Source of the DNA: an uncultured Chlamydiales bacterium
GTDB taxonomy: Bacteria > Chlamydiota > Chlamydiia > Chlamydiales > Rhabdochlamydiaceae
Direction: 5' to 3'
Length of the DNA stretch: 64,000 bases
Assembly (NCBI GenBank): GCA_963700985.1
Contig: OY969554.1
Span: 1,920,001 to 1,984,000 of the forward strand
Shown: one piece after another, positions 49,651 to 59,709 of the stretch
Position numbering within the stretch: the first letter of the stretch is position 1
Layout: the number at the start of each line of letters is the position of its first letter
Made by a program: the position numbers and the translations under genes
Notes under the pieces: generated by a model
Told to the model about the DNA's origin: nothing
The model's database searches: none
What the model saw: the letters and a program-made list of their open reading frames with translations, nothing else

Positions 49651-49685
49651 AAAAAATGCCCCCTTAAGTACTTAAGGGGGCATTT
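49651..49685 (-). terminator. Rho-independent terminator (perfect 32-bp palindrome)
   Basis: AAATGCCCCCTTAAGTACTTAAGGGGGCATTT with a + strand A-run, just downstream of the 49715 stop. Confidence 0.8.
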
Positions 49686-49714
49686 AAGAAGAAACTAAGC
49701 AGGCAAGATAAAAA

Positions 49715-50251
49715 TTATCTTGTCAAGCCTTGGAAGATCGCTTCTGGTAAAAGTGTTTGTTGAACATTGATGCATTCAACATAAGCATTCCAGAGTTCTG
49801 CCTCGACTTTGCCGTGACGGATAGAAGCAATCAGTTCACGCTTGCATGTAGCAAGAGATTTTTTTGGGCTAAGGATAGTAACCATTTCTTTGTCGCCAGC
49901 CATTCTAGCAATAGAGAGCATGCGCTCGAGTTGGCCTCTAGTAAAGGTGATCTGGTCGCGGCGCTTGCGTGAGCCTCTCGCAGCGCGTTGCTTAGGAGGA
50001 ACGCTATGAGGTCTGTCAGAATTGTTAATAAACTTTTCAATTAACGCACTCAGTTCGCCAGGTTGCTTCATGCGCATTTTACGCAGTGTGAAATGGTGCA
50101 TATATCCGCCATTACTCATAGGAATATATTTGCAAAGATCGTTCTCTTTCTTTCCGCCGACTTTTTTAATCGCTTTAGAGATTACATCTTCAATTTCACG
50201 TAAGCTTTTTGTTTTTGGCTCGTGTGCTTCATCTTTATTTGACATGCTCAT
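49715..50251 (-). CDS. Conserved chlamydial DNA-binding protein (CT066/DdbA-like)
   Basis: KENDLCKYIP..GGYMHHFTLRKM, PKQRAARGSRKRRD; position between ntt and ytgA. Confidence 0.75.
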   Translation of the reverse strand: MSMSNKDEAHEPKTKSLREIEDVISKAIKKVGGKKENDLCKYIPMSNGGYMHHFTLRKMRMKQPGELSALIEKFINNSDRPHSVPPKQRAARGSRKRRDQITFTRGQLERMLSIARMAGDKEMVTILSPKKSLATCKRELIASIRHGKVEAELWNAYVECINVQQTLLPEAIFQGLTR

Positions 50252-50511
50252 ACTTCCTTCTGTTTAAATAGATCACTTGACATTTCAGATTCTTTACTTA
50301 TGGATAGGTCTTGACTGGCGATATCCATTTTCTTTGCAATTATCGGATTTTAAGAAACTTGGTTCATTTTCTGCAAGATAATGTGTTTTGTATTGAAATT
50401 CTTTCGTCAGGAAGCCTAATATGTCAATGAATAATACTTGGTCAAATCAATTGAAACTCTGTCTGATATCATCATTTTTTGAGGAAAGAAAACTAATTAC
50501 GATAGGAAAAG

Positions 50512-51510
50512 ATGAAATATAAATACCTTCTGCTCCTAATAATTCCTCTATTCTTGGGATTGTTTGCTTGCTCTGATCATAGAAAAGAAAAGAATTCTTG
50601 GGCCACATGGACTGAAAATAATGGCAAAATTAAAGTCTTATCAACCACAGGCATGATCGACAATTTAGTTGGTGAGATCGGTAAAGAAAGGGTAGATCAT
50701 ATTCCTTTAATTCTAGGGGAAATTGATCCTCATAGTTATGAGCTTGTGAAAGGGGATGATGAGAAGATCTCATTTGCCCAGATTATTTTTTATAATGGTT
50801 TAGGCCTCGAGCATGGAGCTAGCCTTCAATATCAATTAGAAAAACATGTCCATAAAGTCGCTTTGGGTAATGAGATTCAAAAACGTTCTCCAGATGACAT
50901 TTTACGCGTCGATGGTCAGCTGGATCCTCATGTATGGATGGATATCTCCTTATGGGTTAAAGCCATAGATCCTATTGTAGAAGCTCTTTCTAAAGAGGAT
51001 GCGGCTCATGCAGATTTTTACCGTCAAAATGGGGCTGAACTTAGACAGACTATGCTTAAGGTCCATGCTGAAATCACACAGCGTTTCAAAGAAGTACCTG
51101 CAAATGCACGCTATCTAGTGGCAAGCCATGATGCATTTAACTACTTTGCACGGGCTTACTTAGCCGATGAAAACGAGAAACAAACAGGTGAGTGGCGCAA
51201 GCGTTTTGCCGCACCAGAAGGCCTTGCGCCGGATGGACAGCTCAGTTACACCGATATTAAAAATATTATCGAACACCTTTCTCTTTATCGAATTGGCGTT
51301 GTCTTTCCCGAATCTAATGTAAATAGAGACTCTTTGAAAAAAATTGTAAATGCCTGCAGTGAAACAGGAAATCCTATAAAACTCTCTTCAAGAGTTCTTT
51401 ACGGAGATGCGATGGGGCAGTCGGGATCTGATGCTGATGGGTATTTAAATATGCTCAAGCATAATTGTGATGTTATGGTCCAAGAATGGAGTGAAAATGC
51501 CGGACGATAA
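50512..51510 (+). CDS. ytgA: Metal ABC transporter substrate-binding lipoprotein (TroA family)
   Basis: Lipobox LFAC, IDPHSYE, YNGLGLE, DPHVWMD, SHDAFNYF. Confidence 0.92.
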   Translation: MKYKYLLLLIIPLFLGLFACSDHRKEKNSWATWTENNGKIKVLSTTGMIDNLVGEIGKERVDHIPLILGEIDPHSYELVKGDDEKISFAQIIFYNGLGLEHGASLQYQLEKHVHKVALGNEIQKRSPDDILRVDGQLDPHVWMDISLWVKAIDPIVEALSKEDAAHADFYRQNGAELRQTMLKVHAEITQRFKEVPANARYLVASHDAFNYFARAYLADENEKQTGEWRKRFAAPEGLAPDGQLSYTDIKNIIEHLSLYRIGVVFPESNVNRDSLKKIVNACSETGNPIKLSSRVLYGDAMGQSGSDADGYLNMLKHNCDVMVQEWSENAGR

Positions 51511-52273
51511 AATAGTTTTAAAAGTTGAGCAGCTGACCGCTAACTATGACAAGACGCCTGTGCTTTGGGATATAAACTTTGCTATTTCGCGCGGGTCGCT
51601 GGTTGGGGTGATTGGCCCTAATGGAGCAGGCAAGAGCACGCTGTTAAAAACTTTGCTAGGCATGATTGAGCCTCTTTCAGGGAGCGTCGAATTTTTTGGT
51701 AAGCCTATTTCTAAGGTAAGGCAGAAGGTAGCTTATGTGCCGCAGCGCAATTCAGTGGACTGGGATTTTCCGTTAACCGTTAAAGATGTCGTGCTCATGG
51801 GGAGATATGGTCATCTCGGCTGGCTTAAGTGGCCGAGCGCTGAAGACCGAAAGATCGCACATGAAGCGATGGAAAAAGTGGGAATGCTTCCCTTTGCCGA
51901 CAGGCAGATCGGACAGCTCTCTGGGGGACAGCAGCAGCGTGTCTTTATTGCCCGCGCTCTAGCACAAGACGCCGAGATCTATCTGATGGATGAACCTTTT
52001 GCAGGTGTAGATAATGCCACTGAAAATACACTGATCACTCTTTTTGAAGAGCTAAGAGCGCAGGGTAAGACCTTGATGATCGTACACCATGATTTAAGCA
52101 CCGTTGAACGCTACTTTTCATGGTTACTTATGCTCAATACTTGTTTGATCGCGAGCGGCCCTGTATCTGAAGTCTTTCATCGCGATCACCTGCTGCGCAC
52201 CTATGGCAAGGGCAGCATGCTCTTAGATGAAGCGGCAAAAATTTCCCAGACAAAAACAGCAGGTTTAAAGTGA
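51497..52273 (+). CDS. ytgB: Metal ABC transporter ATP-binding protein
   Basis: GPNGAGKST, AYVPQR, LSGGQQQR, MDEPFAGVD. Confidence 0.93.
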   Translation: MPDDKIVLKVEQLTANYDKTPVLWDINFAISRGSLVGVIGPNGAGKSTLLKTLLGMIEPLSGSVEFFGKPISKVRQKVAYVPQRNSVDWDFPLTVKDVVLMGRYGHLGWLKWPSAEDRKIAHEAMEKVGMLPFADRQIGQLSGGQQQRVFIARALAQDAEIYLMDEPFAGVDNATENTLITLFEELRAQGKTLMIVHHDLSTVERYFSWLLMLNTCLIASGPVSEVFHRDHLLRTYGKGSMLLDEAAKISQTKTAGLK

Positions 52274-53559
52274 TTTGGAATTACTTCACAGATCCTGTGT
52301 TGTGGGCGCCGACGGTCGGTAGCATTTTGATGTGCGTGGCCTCTTCCTTGATCGGTGTGGTGGCTTTTTTGCGAAAACGCTGTTTGCTCGCTGAAGCTCT
52401 ATCTCATTCAGCCTATCCCGGAGTGGTTGTGGGGGCCTTTCTCATGGCGACCTTTTTCTCTTCGGTAGGCGAGTTGGCAAGCCTAGTCATTTTGGCTGGG
52501 GCTTTCCTCTCTTCCTTAGTCGGTCTCGGGCTGGTGGAGATCATGGAACGACGTCTTGGAGTCAAAAGCGATGCGGCGCTCTGCTTTGCACTTTCGGTGC
52601 TTTTTGGCATAGGAATTCTCATCGCAAGCCGTCTGCAAATCTCACATCCTCTCTGGTATAACCAGATCCATCTATTTCTATATGGCCAAGTAGCTACGAT
52701 GACAGGGTTGCATGTCGCGATTTATAGCTCTCTTTTAACAATTACCGGGCTATTCCTGTTTTTTCTCTACCGTCCCTTGCAGCTGCTCAACTTCGATCGT
52801 CAGTTTTCCAAGACCGTTGGCGTGCGCACTGTCTTAGTTGATACACTGCTTTTTCTGCTCTTGGTATTAGCTATTGTGATTGGGATCCGCAGCGTCGGAG
52901 TGGTTTTAATGTCGGGTATGCTAGTAGCCCCTGCTGTCGCGGCAAGACAGCTGACACATAGAATGTGGCTACTCTTTGTATTGGCTGGCATATTTGGGGC
53001 GTTAAGCGGCTTTCTAGGAAACGTGCTTTCAATCGAGCTACCTAAAATTCTTTCAGGAGATGAGAAAAACTCTCTTCCAACTGGTCCGATGATTCTTTTA
53101 AGTGCTTCCTCAATCTGTTTACTGGCATTGCTTTTCTCTCCTACTACAGGCCTATTTAGCCGTCTGTTGCGGATCGCCCGCTTTAAAGATAAATGCCGTT
53201 TGGAAAACGCTCTTAAAGCTTTTTGGAGAGCAGGTCAAGGGTGGCACAAGTTATCGAGCAGCGTCTCTTCTTTTCAGCTTCAGCGTTTGCGCTTTAAAGG
53301 TTGGGTAGAAAAAGGGGGCAAAGGGCTTTATCGTCTTTCAGAAGAAGGCGCGAGAAGGGCTGCGCAGATCGTGCGACTTCATCGTCTGTGGGAGCTCTAT
53401 CTTGTCTCATTAGGTCAAGGAATTGAAAAGGTGCACCATAGCGCAGAAGAGATGGAGCACATTCTCACTCCTAAACTAGAGCGCGAACTCACTGAGTTTT
53501 TGCAAGATCCAACGCACGATCCGCATCAGCAGCCTATTCCAGGGAGTACGCATGTCTAA
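52270..53559 (+). CDS. ytgC: Metal ABC permease fused to a DtxR-like repressor domain (YtgCR)
   Basis: ALSHSAYPG permease motif; C-terminal VRLHRLWELYL...AEEMEH...DPHQQPIP. Confidence 0.9.
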   Translation: MIWNYFTDPVLWAPTVGSILMCVASSLIGVVAFLRKRCLLAEALSHSAYPGVVVGAFLMATFFSSVGELASLVILAGAFLSSLVGLGLVEIMERRLGVKSDAALCFALSVLFGIGILIASRLQISHPLWYNQIHLFLYGQVATMTGLHVAIYSSLLTITGLFLFFLYRPLQLLNFDRQFSKTVGVRTVLVDTLLFLLLVLAIVIGIRSVGVVLMSGMLVAPAVAARQLTHRMWLLFVLAGIFGALSGFLGNVLSIELPKILSGDEKNSLPTGPMILLSASSICLLALLFSPTTGLFSRLLRIARFKDKCRLENALKAFWRAGQGWHKLSSSVSSFQLQRLRFKGWVEKGGKGLYRLSEEGARRAAQIVRLHRLWELYLVSLGQGIEKVHHSAEEMEHILTPKLERELTEFLQDPTHDPHQQPIPGSTHV

Positions 53560-54547
53560 TCCCTATTGGAACAAAGATTTTTTTGAGTTTTTTGCAGTGA
53601 TGTTTGGGCGTTTAGGCAAATGGATTATAGGGGATTCTAGCGGGCCGCTGGCTTCAGATGAGGTCCAGTTGCTTGTATTAATCGCAATTTCTGTTAGCTC
53701 TGCGCTAGTTGGCACCTTCCTCGTGCTGCGCCGCATGACTATGTTAGCCAACTCGCTTTCACACACAATATTATTGGGAATTGTAGGTGTTTTTCTTCTG
53801 TGCGCTCAAACGATTACTACGCAAGGATTCAGCTTGCCTATCCTAATCGGAGCCTCTCTGATTACGGGACTTGTAACTACAGTTTTAACTCAGCTGCTTA
53901 CGCACTCGATGCGCCTTCAAGAAGATGCCAGCATCGGGCTCGTTTTCAATACGCTTTTTGCGCTCGGGGTGCTTCTAGTCACGCTGTTTACACGCAATGT
54001 CCATCTCGGTGTAGAAGCAATTATGGGCAATATCGATGCCTTGCACTTTGATGATTTAAAATTGGTCTGTTCGATGGGGCTAATCACCTTATTTTGTGTG
54101 GTGGCATTTTTTAAGCAATTCTCTCTGGTTTCTTTCGATGCATCGCATGGCCGTACGTTGGGGTTTTCTCCGCTTTTTTATACCTATTTTTTGATGGTGC
54201 TTGTCTCTGCAACTTCAATTGGGGCTTTCAGGGCAGTTGGAGTTCTCCTATTCTTAGCATTTCTCGTGGGGCCAGTTCTGACGGCCCGCCTTTTTACAAA
54301 TCGTTTGGCGCCGCTGATCGCTCTATCTTGCCTCATCGGTAGCGGAGCTTCGCTCTTCGCGATAGCTCTAGCGCGACATCTGCTTTCCTGTTATCATCTT
54401 CCACTTTCCACTGCTGGCCTGGTAGTCGTCACTATTGGCGCCTTTTACTTGCTTGCGGTGCTCTTTGCTCCACAGCGTGGCCTAGTCGTGCAGTGGGTAG
54501 CAAAAAGCCGATTGAAGAAACAGATAGAAACGCAACTCTCCTCGTAG
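53552..54547 (+). CDS. ytgD: Metal ABC transporter permease
   Basis: MLANSLSHTILLG, EDASIGLVF, FRAVG. Confidence 0.9.
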   Translation: MSNPYWNKDFFEFFAVMFGRLGKWIIGDSSGPLASDEVQLLVLIAISVSSALVGTFLVLRRMTMLANSLSHTILLGIVGVFLLCAQTITTQGFSLPILIGASLITGLVTTVLTQLLTHSMRLQEDASIGLVFNTLFALGVLLVTLFTRNVHLGVEAIMGNIDALHFDDLKLVCSMGLITLFCVVAFFKQFSLVSFDASHGRTLGFSPLFYTYFLMVLVSATSIGAFRAVGVLLFLAFLVGPVLTARLFTNRLAPLIALSCLIGSGASLFAIALARHLLSCYHLPLSTAGLVVVTIGAFYLLAVLFAPQRGLVVQWVAKSRLKKQIETQLSS

Positions 54548-54582
54548 TTCTGAGTTGCATTTGCAGATTGTATGATGGAAGT

Positions 54583-55731
54583 ATGATGGAAGTGCAAAAA
54601 AAAATTGCAGTTTTGGGAAGTACCGGCTCGATTGGTAAGAGCACACTCAAAGTTGCCCGCCATCTCTCTTCCAAAATAAAGATTCAAGCGCTGGCTGCGC
54701 ATTCACAAATCGATCTTCTAGAAGAGCAAGCTCGCGAATTTTCACCTGAAATGATCGCTGTTTTTAATAAAGACAAAGCGCTCGAGCTACAAAAGCGCCT
54801 GCCTCATATCAAAGTTGTAGGTGGGATGGAGGGGCTGTTTGAAGTCGTCTCTCTTGCATCCGTCGATCTAGTCGTTTCTGCGATCACGGGAACCCTCGGC
54901 ATTCAACCGACCATATTAGCCATTCAAAATGGCAAAGATATTGCCCTCGCAAGTAAAGAAGTGCTCGTTTCCGCAGGCGCATACGTGATGAATCTCGTGC
55001 GAGAAAAAGGCATCAACCTTATGCCAGTGGATAGCGAACATTCTGCTCTTTTTCAATGTTTGCGTAAGGAGAAGAAAGAGCATGTGCGCCGTCTGATCAT
55101 TACGGCTTCTGGAGGTCCATTTTTACACTCTAAGGCAGAAGATTTAAGAGAGATTACGCCCGAACGCGCGCTTGCCCATCCCACTTGGCGCATGGGGCCT
55201 AAAATTACCATCGATTCTTCTACGCTGATGAACAAGGGGCTTGAGGTGATCGAAGCGCACTGGTTATATGATCTGCCCATCGATAAGATTGATGTTGTTA
55301 TCCATCCACAAAGCATCGTGCATAGCATGATTGAACTGATCGATAACTCGATGCTCGCGCAACTTTCTCAAACGGATATGGCGCTGCCTATTCAATATGC
55401 TTTAACCTATCCCGAACGTTGTGAGAGTTTTCTTGCTCCCTTTGATTTTTCTAAAGCACTTTCTCTGCAGTTTTTTCCTCCAAATTTCAGCCAATTTCCT
55501 TGTTTAAGGTTAGCGTACGATGCACTTCGGGGAGGAGGAACGCTTCCTTGCTACCTCAATGCTGCCAATGAAGTTTTAGTCGCACGCTTCTTGGATGGAA
55601 AAATTGGTTGGCAAGAGATCGCACATAAACTCGAGCAGCTGCTATCATCGCACAAAGTAAATAAAACTCCCTCTCTGGAGACGATTCTAGCCGTCGATGC
55701 AATCGCAAAAGAAGAGGCCCTAACGGTATAA
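54583..55731 (+). CDS. dxr: 1-deoxy-D-xylulose-5-phosphate reductoisomerase
   Basis: LGSTGSIG, PVDSEHSA, LIITASGGPF, HPTWRMGPKITIDS, NAANE. Confidence 0.96.
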   Translation: MMEVQKKIAVLGSTGSIGKSTLKVARHLSSKIKIQALAAHSQIDLLEEQAREFSPEMIAVFNKDKALELQKRLPHIKVVGGMEGLFEVVSLASVDLVVSAITGTLGIQPTILAIQNGKDIALASKEVLVSAGAYVMNLVREKGINLMPVDSEHSALFQCLRKEKKEHVRRLIITASGGPFLHSKAEDLREITPERALAHPTWRMGPKITIDSSTLMNKGLEVIEAHWLYDLPIDKIDVVIHPQSIVHSMIELIDNSMLAQLSQTDMALPIQYALTYPERCESFLAPFDFSKALSLQFFPPNFSQFPCLRLAYDALRGGGTLPCYLNAANEVLVARFLDGKIGWQEIAHKLEQLLSSHKVNKTPSLETILAVDAIAKEEALTV

Positions 55732-55735
55732 AAAA

Positions 55736-57688
55736 ATGATTCAAAGTATTTTCTACATTGTCCTCGCCGCATTTGGTTTGGGCTTCTTAGTGTTTATCCA
55801 TGAGCTTGGCCACTACTTTGTGGCAAGACGCGTTGGCATGACTGTTGAGGCGTTTAGTATTGGTTTTGGAAAAGCAATTTTGAGCTGGGAACATAAAGGC
55901 GTAAAGTGGCAGGTAGGGTGGTTGCCTTTTGGCGGATATGTCCGCATTAAAGGAATGGAAAAGAAAGGCTCGATTGAACCATCTCAGATTCCCGATGGAT
56001 TTTTTGGAAAAAAACCCATCGATCGTATCAAGGTTGCCGTGATGGGTCCACTCTTCAACATCATTTTTGCTTTGTTAGCTTTTTGCCTAATTTGGGTAGC
56101 GGGCGGCAGACAGAAACCTTTCGCTGAATTCACGCATCTTATCGGTTGGGTTGATCCTTGCTCACCGCTTTTCGAGAAGGGTGTAAGACCGGGCGATGAG
56201 ATCGAACAATATAACCACCGCCCATTTCAGGGCTTTAAAGATCTAATGTACGCTGCTGTTATCCGAGAGAAAAGCTCCGAGATAAAAGGCTATAAGATCG
56301 ATTACACAAATATGCATCAGGAGCCTTTTGATTATGTGCTTCCTACATATCAAAATCCACTTGCTCAAGATCCAACACTTACCACAATAGGTGTGCTCAG
56401 CCCAGCCAGTTTTCTCATCTATGATCAATATCGCGATGGAAAAGATAGCGCTTTTCAATCTGGTTCGCCTATGCACGGTAGCGGCATCCAGTATAAAGAT
56501 CGCATTGTGTGGGTTGATGGCGAACTTATTTTCTCACTTAATCAGCTCAGTGCTTTGATCAATGAGCCTAAAACTTTGCTCACCGTTCAACGCGGCGAGA
56601 AGACCTTTTTAACTCGCGTGCCTAGATTGCGTGTAAGCGATGTTAAATTCTCTTCTGCTGAGAAAGCAGAATTAGATGACTGGCAACATGAGCTTGGGCT
56701 TAAGGGCAAGATCGATCAACTCTTTTTTATTCCTTATAATTTAAATCACGATGGTGTAGTTGAACGCGAGATTGTTTTTCTGGATGAAAACTCGAAAGAG
56801 TGTCGCTATTCAACAGCTTATCGCTCTTCGATTGTGATTCCATTAATTCCAGGAGATCGCATCTTGGCAGTCGATGGAACTCCAGTTTCAACATCTGTAG
56901 AATTAGTAAAACAATTGCAAACGCGAGCGGTGCGCGTGGTGGTACAGCGTTTACCTCAACTCCCAGCTCTTTCTTGGAAAGATGCCGATCAGTATTTTCT
57001 GTCGAATACCAATTGGAGTGAACTTTCTCAAATCACCAATGCTTTAGGTACGTCAAAAGCACCAACGCAAGTGGGAAGTTTTTATCTACTCAATCCAATC
57101 ACACCGCGGCCACTCTCAGAGTTTCCTCTTACCGAAACTCAAAGAACATGGCTTGCGCAAAGAGAAGATGAACAGAAAAAACAGATCGAAGCGATTGAAA
57201 ATCCTCAAGAAAAAGCCGAAGCGCAGCGTATGTTTGAAAGCGATCAAAAACGCGTTAAGCTGGGCATTGCATTGCAAGATTTGCCTGTAACTTATAATCC
57301 TTCACCCTTCACCATTTTCGGTTCAGTTATCCAAGACACGGTGCGCACAGTGGGCGCGCTTTTTAGTGGCTCTCTCAATCCAAAATGGATGGCTGGCCCT
57401 GTTGGAATTGTCGAAGTGATCCAGCACAGTTGGACCATCGGTGTAAAGGAGGCTCTCTTTTGGATGGGGCTCATTAGCTTAAACCTCGGTCTGCTTAATC
57501 TCATGCCTATCCCAGTGTTAGATGGGGGACATATCTGCTTTTCGCTTTACGAGATGATTACGAAAAAGCCGATTAAAGCCAAAACGATGGAAAAACTGAT
57601 CATTCCATTTATCGTTTTGCTCGTAGCGTTATTTGTGTATTTAACCTATCACGACCTCATACGTCTATTTGGCAGGTTTTTTAAATGA
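55736..57688 (+). CDS. rseP: Site-2 (RIP) zinc metalloprotease with PDZ domains
   Basis: IHELGH, FSIGFG, LPFGGYV, NLMPIPVLDGG. Confidence 0.92.
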   Translation: MIQSIFYIVLAAFGLGFLVFIHELGHYFVARRVGMTVEAFSIGFGKAILSWEHKGVKWQVGWLPFGGYVRIKGMEKKGSIEPSQIPDGFFGKKPIDRIKVAVMGPLFNIIFALLAFCLIWVAGGRQKPFAEFTHLIGWVDPCSPLFEKGVRPGDEIEQYNHRPFQGFKDLMYAAVIREKSSEIKGYKIDYTNMHQEPFDYVLPTYQNPLAQDPTLTTIGVLSPASFLIYDQYRDGKDSAFQSGSPMHGSGIQYKDRIVWVDGELIFSLNQLSALINEPKTLLTVQRGEKTFLTRVPRLRVSDVKFSSAEKAELDDWQHELGLKGKIDQLFFIPYNLNHDGVVEREIVFLDENSKECRYSTAYRSSIVIPLIPGDRILAVDGTPVSTSVELVKQLQTRAVRVVVQRLPQLPALSWKDADQYFLSNTNWSELSQITNALGTSKAPTQVGSFYLLNPITPRPLSEFPLTETQRTWLAQREDEQKKQIEAIENPQEKAEAQRMFESDQKRVKLGIALQDLPVTYNPSPFTIFGSVIQDTVRTVGALFSGSLNPKWMAGPVGIVEVIQHSWTIGVKEALFWMGLISLNLGLLNLMPIPVLDGGHICFSLYEMITKKPIKAKTMEKLIIPFIVLLVALFVYLTYHDLIRLFGRFFK

Positions 57689-59295
57689 GATTCTTTTCAG
57701 CTCTTTACTCTGTTCTTTTTTTCACTTCACCACTATTTGGTGATTGGGCTGAGGATCGAGTAAAGAAGATGAGTGTAGAACAGAAGATCGGGCAGCTCTT
57801 TCTTATTCCTGCTTGTCCTTTGCGGGGTGAGGAGCATTTTGATGATCTCAAGACGATTATCGAAAAATACCATGTCTGTGGTGCTATTCTTAAGCAAGGC
57901 GATGCAGAAACACAGCTGCGCTTAATTGCCCGTATGCAGAGCTACTCATGCTGTCCGCTGCTTTGCGTGGGCGATGCAGAGTGGGGGCTTGGGATGCGTC
58001 TAAAAAACACGCTCTCCTTTCCGAAGAATTTGACTCTCGGTGCCATTCAAGACACCTCACTAATTTATGAGCTGGGGAAAGAGATCGGCCGCCAGTGCAA
58101 AATGGTGGGTCTACATATTAACCTAGCGCCTGTGGTCGATGTGAATATCGATCCTGACAATCCGATCATCCATATGCGCTCTTTTGGGGAGAGCCCTGAT
58201 GAAGTTGCCCAGCGCGCAGCTCTTTTTACCAAAGGGCTTCAAGAAAGTGGCGTAGCTGCATGCGCAAAACATTTCATTGGCCATGGTGAAACACACTTCG
58301 ACTCCCATAAGACTCTTCCTACAATTCCTTTCTCATTTGAACACATTGAAAAATTCGATCTTTTGCCATTTCGCCAGTTGATTCGAGAAGGCGTATTGAC
58401 CGTCATGACCGGACACCTGTTTGTGCCCCAGCTCGATGCAAAATATCCCGTCTCTTTTTCCTCCACCATCGTGCAGGGACTCTTAAAGACCAAAATGGGA
58501 TTTCAGGGAGTTGTCATCAGCGATGCATTGAATATGCGCGCGCTCACTCAGAACACCTCTTTCGGGCATATCGCGCTCAGCGCTTTTTTAGCCGGACACG
58601 ATTTGCTTTTATATGGCGATCACATCGCCCCGAATGTGGATGAGATTTTGCATATTCAGATTCCACAAGCCTTTCAAGCTTTAAAGTCGGCTTGCGATGA
58701 GCAGATTATTACATCTGATGAGCTCGATCGCCGAGTGCTGAAAATTTTAAAGTTTAAGCAACGCTTGAATGTCAAAGATGTTCCAGAAAAATTAGAGCAG
58801 CCACTAGCCACTCCAGCCGCTCAAGCTTTGAAACGAAAACTTTTTCGTGAAGCGATCACACTACTTAAAAACAGGGATAATCTTCTGCCGCTTAAATCCT
58901 CTTCGCAGCCTATCCTCATTCAAGTCGGTGAAAAGAACGCCCAGCTGAGTGAGCTCTTTAAAAAGAAAGGCGTTAGCGAGAATGCTAAAGCCCCTTCGCA
59001 TCAAATCGTGACACTTTGCGGTCTCAATCATCTTTTGCCGAATTTTGGCCTATCAGATGCCGACTTACAACTCCTCTCAACGCTTTCGGCTTCTAAAATC
59101 CCAACCACATTGGTGCTATTCGGCAGTCCATACACTCTGCGTATCCTGCCAGAGTTCGCTTGCCTTATCGTAGCTTATGAAGATGACCCAGATGCCCTAG
59201 AAGGGGCCTGCGATGTGATTTTTGGGGCTTTAAACCCCACTGGCAAGCTTCCTGTAACCTCTTCCTTCCCTCGCGCCTCCGGCCTCTCCTTCTAA
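57685..59295 (+). CDS. Glycoside hydrolase family 3, beta-N-acetylglucosaminidase-like (two-domain, signal peptide)
   Basis: DAEWG, APVVDVN, RSFGE, KHFIGHGETHFDSH (NagZ-like), ISDALNM, GKLPVT. Confidence 0.85.
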   Translation: MRFFSALYSVLFFTSPLFGDWAEDRVKKMSVEQKIGQLFLIPACPLRGEEHFDDLKTIIEKYHVCGAILKQGDAETQLRLIARMQSYSCCPLLCVGDAEWGLGMRLKNTLSFPKNLTLGAIQDTSLIYELGKEIGRQCKMVGLHINLAPVVDVNIDPDNPIIHMRSFGESPDEVAQRAALFTKGLQESGVAACAKHFIGHGETHFDSHKTLPTIPFSFEHIEKFDLLPFRQLIREGVLTVMTGHLFVPQLDAKYPVSFSSTIVQGLLKTKMGFQGVVISDALNMRALTQNTSFGHIALSAFLAGHDLLLYGDHIAPNVDEILHIQIPQAFQALKSACDEQIITSDELDRRVLKILKFKQRLNVKDVPEKLEQPLATPAAQALKRKLFREAITLLKNRDNLLPLKSSSQPILIQVGEKNAQLSELFKKKGVSENAKAPSHQIVTLCGLNHLLPNFGLSDADLQLLSTLSASKIPTTLVLFGSPYTLRILPEFACLIVAYEDDPDALEGACDVIFGALNPTGKLPVTSSFPRASGLSF

Positions 59296-59360
59296 CCTGT
59301 ACAAAGGTTCTTTGCGTATATCTGTTCCAGCTAAGATATTTTTAAGGTGATTGTTGATTA

Positions 59361-59381
59361 ATATACCTTGTTGAGGTATAT
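59361..59381 (+). promoter_or_regulatory. Palindromic operator upstream of higBA
   Basis: ATATACCT-TGTTG-AGGTATAT directly after TTGATT (59354). Confidence 0.65.
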
Positions 59382-59404
59382 AGATATTATGAAGTAGAGG
59401 CAAC

Positions 59405-59692
59405 ATGGCCATTCGTTCATTTAAAGACGATGAAGCTGAAGGTTTCTTTTTAAAAGGCAAGTTACCTCATAAAAGAGGATGGGCTAGTGTGTCAAAGGTT
59501 GTTAAAAGAAAGCTTGATATGCTGCATTATTCGAAAGAGTTAAGAGATTTGCTCAGTCCTCCGAGTAATTTTTTAGAGAGTTTGTCTGGCGATTTAAAAG
59601 GATTTTATAGCATTAGAGTGAATGATCAGTGGCGAGTTGTTTTTAAATGGGATAAACAGCCCTATGATGTGCGCATCATGGACTATCACTAA
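59405..59692 (+). CDS. higB: HigB toxin (RelE/ParE family)
   Basis: IRSFKD, RKLDML, PPSNFLESLSGD, YSIRVNDQWRVVF, DYH. Confidence 0.92.
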   Translation: MAIRSFKDDEAEGFFLKGKLPHKRGWASVSKVVKRKLDMLHYSKELRDLLSPPSNFLESLSGDLKGFYSIRVNDQWRVVFKWDKQPYDVRIMDYH

Positions 59693-59709
59693 AGATTAGG
59701 AAGGATTAT

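Noticed and set aside
49654-49685. Perfect 32-bp palindrome as a recombination or protein-binding site
   Set aside because: Its position after a stop codon and the adjacent A-run fit an intrinsic terminator.
54571-54592. 11-bp tandem duplication TATGATGGAAG at the dxr start
   Set aside because: Real but only two copies; dxr stays intact and no function can be supported.
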